A DNA stretch of 63,304 nucleotides, counting the filler, from Hausera hauseri (Eukaryota): the NCBI GenBank assembly GCA_046269625.1. It is 12 parts of 12 records of this genome, joined end to end, with 100 filler letters (N's around TTAATTAATTAA, not from the genome) between each part and the next. Parts side by side here need not be neighbours in the genome. Positions count along the whole stretch, not along the records: positions 59,309 to 63,304 come from JBJURY010831414.1; 11 more parts are not named here. The stretch is one strand, 5' to 3'. The translations under genes and the position numbers were made by a program. Shown one piece after another: positions 59,309 to 63,304 of the stretch. Below the pieces are notes generated by a model. The model saw only the letters and a program-made list of their open reading frames with translations, had not been told where the DNA came from and ran no database searches. Positions within the stretch are counted from its first letter, which is position 1, and each line of letters begins with the position of its first letter.

Positions 59309-62300
59309 ACCACAAAATGATAACGAATGACTGCAGATTAAATACTGAAGTCATGAGAACCAAACTGGCCTTAATTTATGCCAACACAGAATTGGCATCA
59401 CCAATTATACCGATAAAAGAGGGTGTTTTTGGAAGAGTTACCGGTGAAGTCCTATTAACTTACGAATGTGAAAAAGAGACGTGCCGATCAACGTAGAAGA
59501 AAAAAGATGCATGCAAGAATTACCGGTTATCTATGAGAATATGCCGAGACTAGCGATGCCACTCACCAGGGTATTACTGGCAAACTCGACCGAACCAACA
59601 ATATTGAAGAAATGCAAAAGGAGACTAGGTGAACTCATGTTCCAACGCAGTGCAACCGACTGAATAAGTCTATCTAATGGAGGCGTTGCTCTAGTCCCTA
59701 GTAAGTTAACCGGGACAAAATTAATTAAAAGATTATCAGAGGATAAGTTCAAGGACACGGCCAATAAATGAATTTATAAGCCAAAGGACATAAAAGCCTT
59801 TAAGCAAGTCTTAGCATTTCCGCGACAGAAAACGTATAAAATGAATCTGGCCATGTCAGTGGCCATGGACGACACCCGCTTCCAAGCGAAATTCGAATCG
59901 TTACTTGGTGCTAATCACTATTAAAGAGTAACTTTGGAAATACTATAAGATTTGGGGAAGGTTTCTAATTTTCAAACAAGCTGCATTTGGATTCCTAGCC
60001 ATCTACTTTTTCGTCCAGTTAATTAAAGCAGTAATCCAAGCCGTTATAAAGGGATATAAAATATTCACATTAACAGGATTTTCCTGCGAAATTTTAACTG
60101 CAGTTATCACCATTTGGAAAAATACTTAAGGCCTATGAAGAAAATCGATGGAAAAATGACGTAGAGCACCATGTCGGGTACTATAATCACAAAAGACGAG
60201 GAAAGCCATCCATTTTGTATAGACGTAATAATAAAAAAACCGTAACACGAAAGGATGGTTCAGATGATAACGAGCCTAAGGGAGGAGAAGCGAGTTCCAG
60301 GATAAAGATGCGCAATATGTACTCAGTGATTAACGCGCCAATGCCTATTATCCTACCAACCGCACCAATATATGAAGACTGCGACCAAAGGTCAGTCATG
60401 TCATATAAGTCGGACATCTACCGTAAGCCTATTGATTATGATCCGTATGAAAGAACAAAACAATATGGAGTATTACGGAAAATGAATATTAATAACCAAG
60501 GGCTAACAAAAGACGACCACGGGATATTATACTCAAAAAGGATACTTCAAAACATAGAATCAAAATCAGCTATCTGAGAGAACCCAAAGCTGCGTTCGAT
60601 CTCAGATCCACTACCCCAAGAACCACTCATCGACAGCCATGTCACTGAGATGTCAAATAACGATATACACCCAAAAGAAGAATTAAGACAATTAAAGCAA
60701 GATATCATTTCGTCGTCAGAGATAACAATAAATGGACACAGAGTCTCTACCACAAAACAATCAAAGACAGCGTTGAATTGCTTTGGAACAGTAGTAGAAG
60801 GCAGACTTTTCGCTAAAATATACATTGAAGACCGGGCAGTATGTGCCTTAATTTACAAAGGATCAGAAAAATCGTTTATAAAATACGAATCGATACCAAC
60901 CACACTACGGGAACAACTATGCCCATCATTATCATCAGACTTGGGGAGCATAAGAGCATGTGGGCAAATATCGAAGCCAAAATTTAAATGGACTCCTACG
61001 GTTTATTTGATGGGCCAAGCACTCCGACATGAATTTGCGATAATTGACCAGTTAACAGACGTTGTAGTACTGGGTTGTGATATACTGAAACAGATACCAG
61101 GCATGGCAATTTATGTGCAGAGCGGAAAATTAATTGAGCTCGAACCAGTAAGAGGGACAAAAGTAATAAAGGAAAGGAAATCGGGCGAAGTATGGATTCC
61201 GTTAGATGAAGACATTCCGCCCAGAAACGAAATGATAATTTTCGCACTGATTCGTCATGACGAAGATCTACCAGTATACTTCGAACCTCAAGAAAATATT
61301 GATCCAAACCTTATGTTTATCAATATTCTATGTAGAGTAGTGACGGGACGAATACTTATCAGGTTAGTGAACAATGCACCAATCCCCGTAAAATTGCACG
61401 ATAACACTACTTTAGGTTACACTTGCAGAGTATCGGCAGTAACAATAGAGGAAAAGCCATATAAGTGAGCTGAATTTCCGCCTCACGTCGAAACCAAATT
61501 CTCTCCTGAGGCGTAATGCAAGTTCTACAAATTACTATGTAAATACCGTTCAATAATCGCACAAAATGAGGACGACATAGGCAGATTAAAAGCCCTGAGG
61601 TTAACAATCCCATTGAGGAAGAAACTCAGCTCGAATGATGAAATCGATCTAGAAGAACAGAAAATACCCAAACGGTACCCACCTCCCCATTCACTGAGAC
61701 CAGAAATAACTAAACAGGTAGAGCGAATGTTAAAGGCCGATATAATTCGACCAAGCTACCGATTATGGTACTCACCTATACTTATGGTTAAATAAAAAGG
61801 AACTACAAAACATCGATTTTGTAAAGACTATCGGGCATTAAACACGCTGATGATAAAAGACTCGTTTCCTCTACCGTCAGTAAAGGAAGCTTTGGACAGA
61901 CTATCAGGAGCGAAATAATTTACCACTCTCGACTTACAATCGGAATACTGGCAAGTGGAAATAGAAGAAGAATATCGATATAAGATAGCGTTCAAAACAC
62001 ACGATGGCGTATACAAATTTGATGTTATGCCTTTCGGCATCACCATAGGACCAGCTATTTTTAATAGAATGATGAATAAAATGCTCCTGAGACTTGATCA
62101 TGCTTTTGCGTATTTGAACGATGTAATGATAGCATCACGAACAGAAGAAGAACACTTAAAGGACATTGAGGATACACTCATGCGACTAAAACAAGCAGGG
62201 TTGAAACTAAATCCAAAGAAATGTAAATGGGCACAAAACACAGTATCGTACCTCGGACACATAGCTGGAGAAGGAAAGTCAAAACCGGATAAATCCCTGC

Positions 62301-63304
62301 TAAATAAAATATCAGATTGTATGGAACCGAAGAATCAAAAAGAGTTAAGACATTGGTTAGGTCTATATGGATATTATGCCACTTATGCACCAGATAATTC
62401 GAAAATTAACGCACCACTATATCGCCTGTTCAAAAAGAGAACTAAGTGGAGATGGATGGAATTGGAACAAAAAGCATTCGACGAAATGAAGAAAATTTTG
62501 ACAAGCGAAACAATTTTAAGATACCCTGATTTTAACCTACCATTCATCATTAAAACAGATGCAAGTAAAAAAGGTATAGAATATGAATTAGCTCAAATAC
62601 GATAATATTATGAACTAGAACATCCAATAGCCTATGGAGGATGCTCGTTTAAGAAAGCAGGAAGGAATTAATCGGTTACCGAATTAGAAACCGTAGCCGT
62701 AAAGGAAGCACTACGACACTTTAATGTCTATCTCTATGGACAAAAGATTATAATAGTAACCGACCACAAAGCATTCACGACATTGAAAGGACGGGCTAAT
62801 AACCCAACATGTAGATTAAACCGTTGGATCAAAAAAATCTCACGATATAACATCGAATGCCAATACAAACCAGGTTATAAACACGTCGAAGCCGATGCAC
62901 TATCAAGGTTAAAGACAAAAACCAGTCGGATTACCACGGTGAAGAAAACGCAGGTCGAACAAATAATTGAACGTCAAAGGACTTTAACCCTGGATAAAAC
63001 GATCAGAATCACCGCGGAACAAGCTAAAGATAAGGTTATTTAGCAAATTGTTGAGTTCGCACAAAACGGCGACATGCCCAAAGGACGACAACTGGAGAAA
63101 CACCTGCATTAACACGGACATAAATGTTACGCATCGAACCTAGATAATATCCTATATTATGAACGAAAAGGGAGAAAACTAATAGTTGTTTGAAAAGGAT
63201 TATGATTCATATTTAGCCGGACATATGTCTTGGAAGAAGACCTTGAAAAGGATATTAAATAAATATTATTGGCCAAGCATTTATGTTGATGTAAAGAATT
63301 GGGA
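59309..63304 (+). mobile_element. Gypsy family B copy 3: glycoprotein C-terminal half - linker - PR - RT - RH - IN start; decayed
   Basis: NDCRLNTEVMRTKLALIYAN, RCMQELPVIYE, GFLAIYFFVQLIKAV; degenerate protease (ALIYKGSEKSF); RT 61800-62450 (YLND); TDASKKG; TDHKA; EADALSR. Confidence 0.9.

Overview
This window is not one locus. It is 12 short eukaryotic contigs joined by artificial N44-TTAATTAATTAA-N44 linkers (9107-9206, 16821-16920, 22623-22722, 26853-26952, 31297-31396, 35694-35793, 39895-39994, 45931-46030, 50083-50182, 54390-54489, 59209-59308). The source is probably an AT-rich animal with a compact genome: the one clearly intact host gene, CDC123, has many introns of about 40-50 nt. 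Most of the sequence is decayed mobile DNA: Ty3/Gypsy LTR retrotransposons, two Tigger/pogo elements, Tc1/mariner, hAT, LINE and Polinton remnants, and a satellite. Three features stand out. (1) Family A is a CsRn1-like Gypsy seen in three copies. Its Gag is preceded in frame by a ubiquitin-sized domain ending RIRGG|M. Where LTRs should be, it is flanked by chains of intronless, same-sense fragments of unrelated host genes (TTC27, TDRD12, MCM2, RPB1, NAA15, NAT10, DPP8/9 and others). (2) Family B is a Gypsy seen in four copies. A chuvirus-type glycoprotein lies upstream of, and in frame with, protease-RT-RH-IN, with late-domain-like motifs in the linker and a second secreted-type module after integrase. 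(3) The 3' end of another LTR element carries an apparently dead DEDDh exonuclease domain and a RING finger before its PPT/LTR. All homology calls come from motif recognition by eye and need database confirmation.
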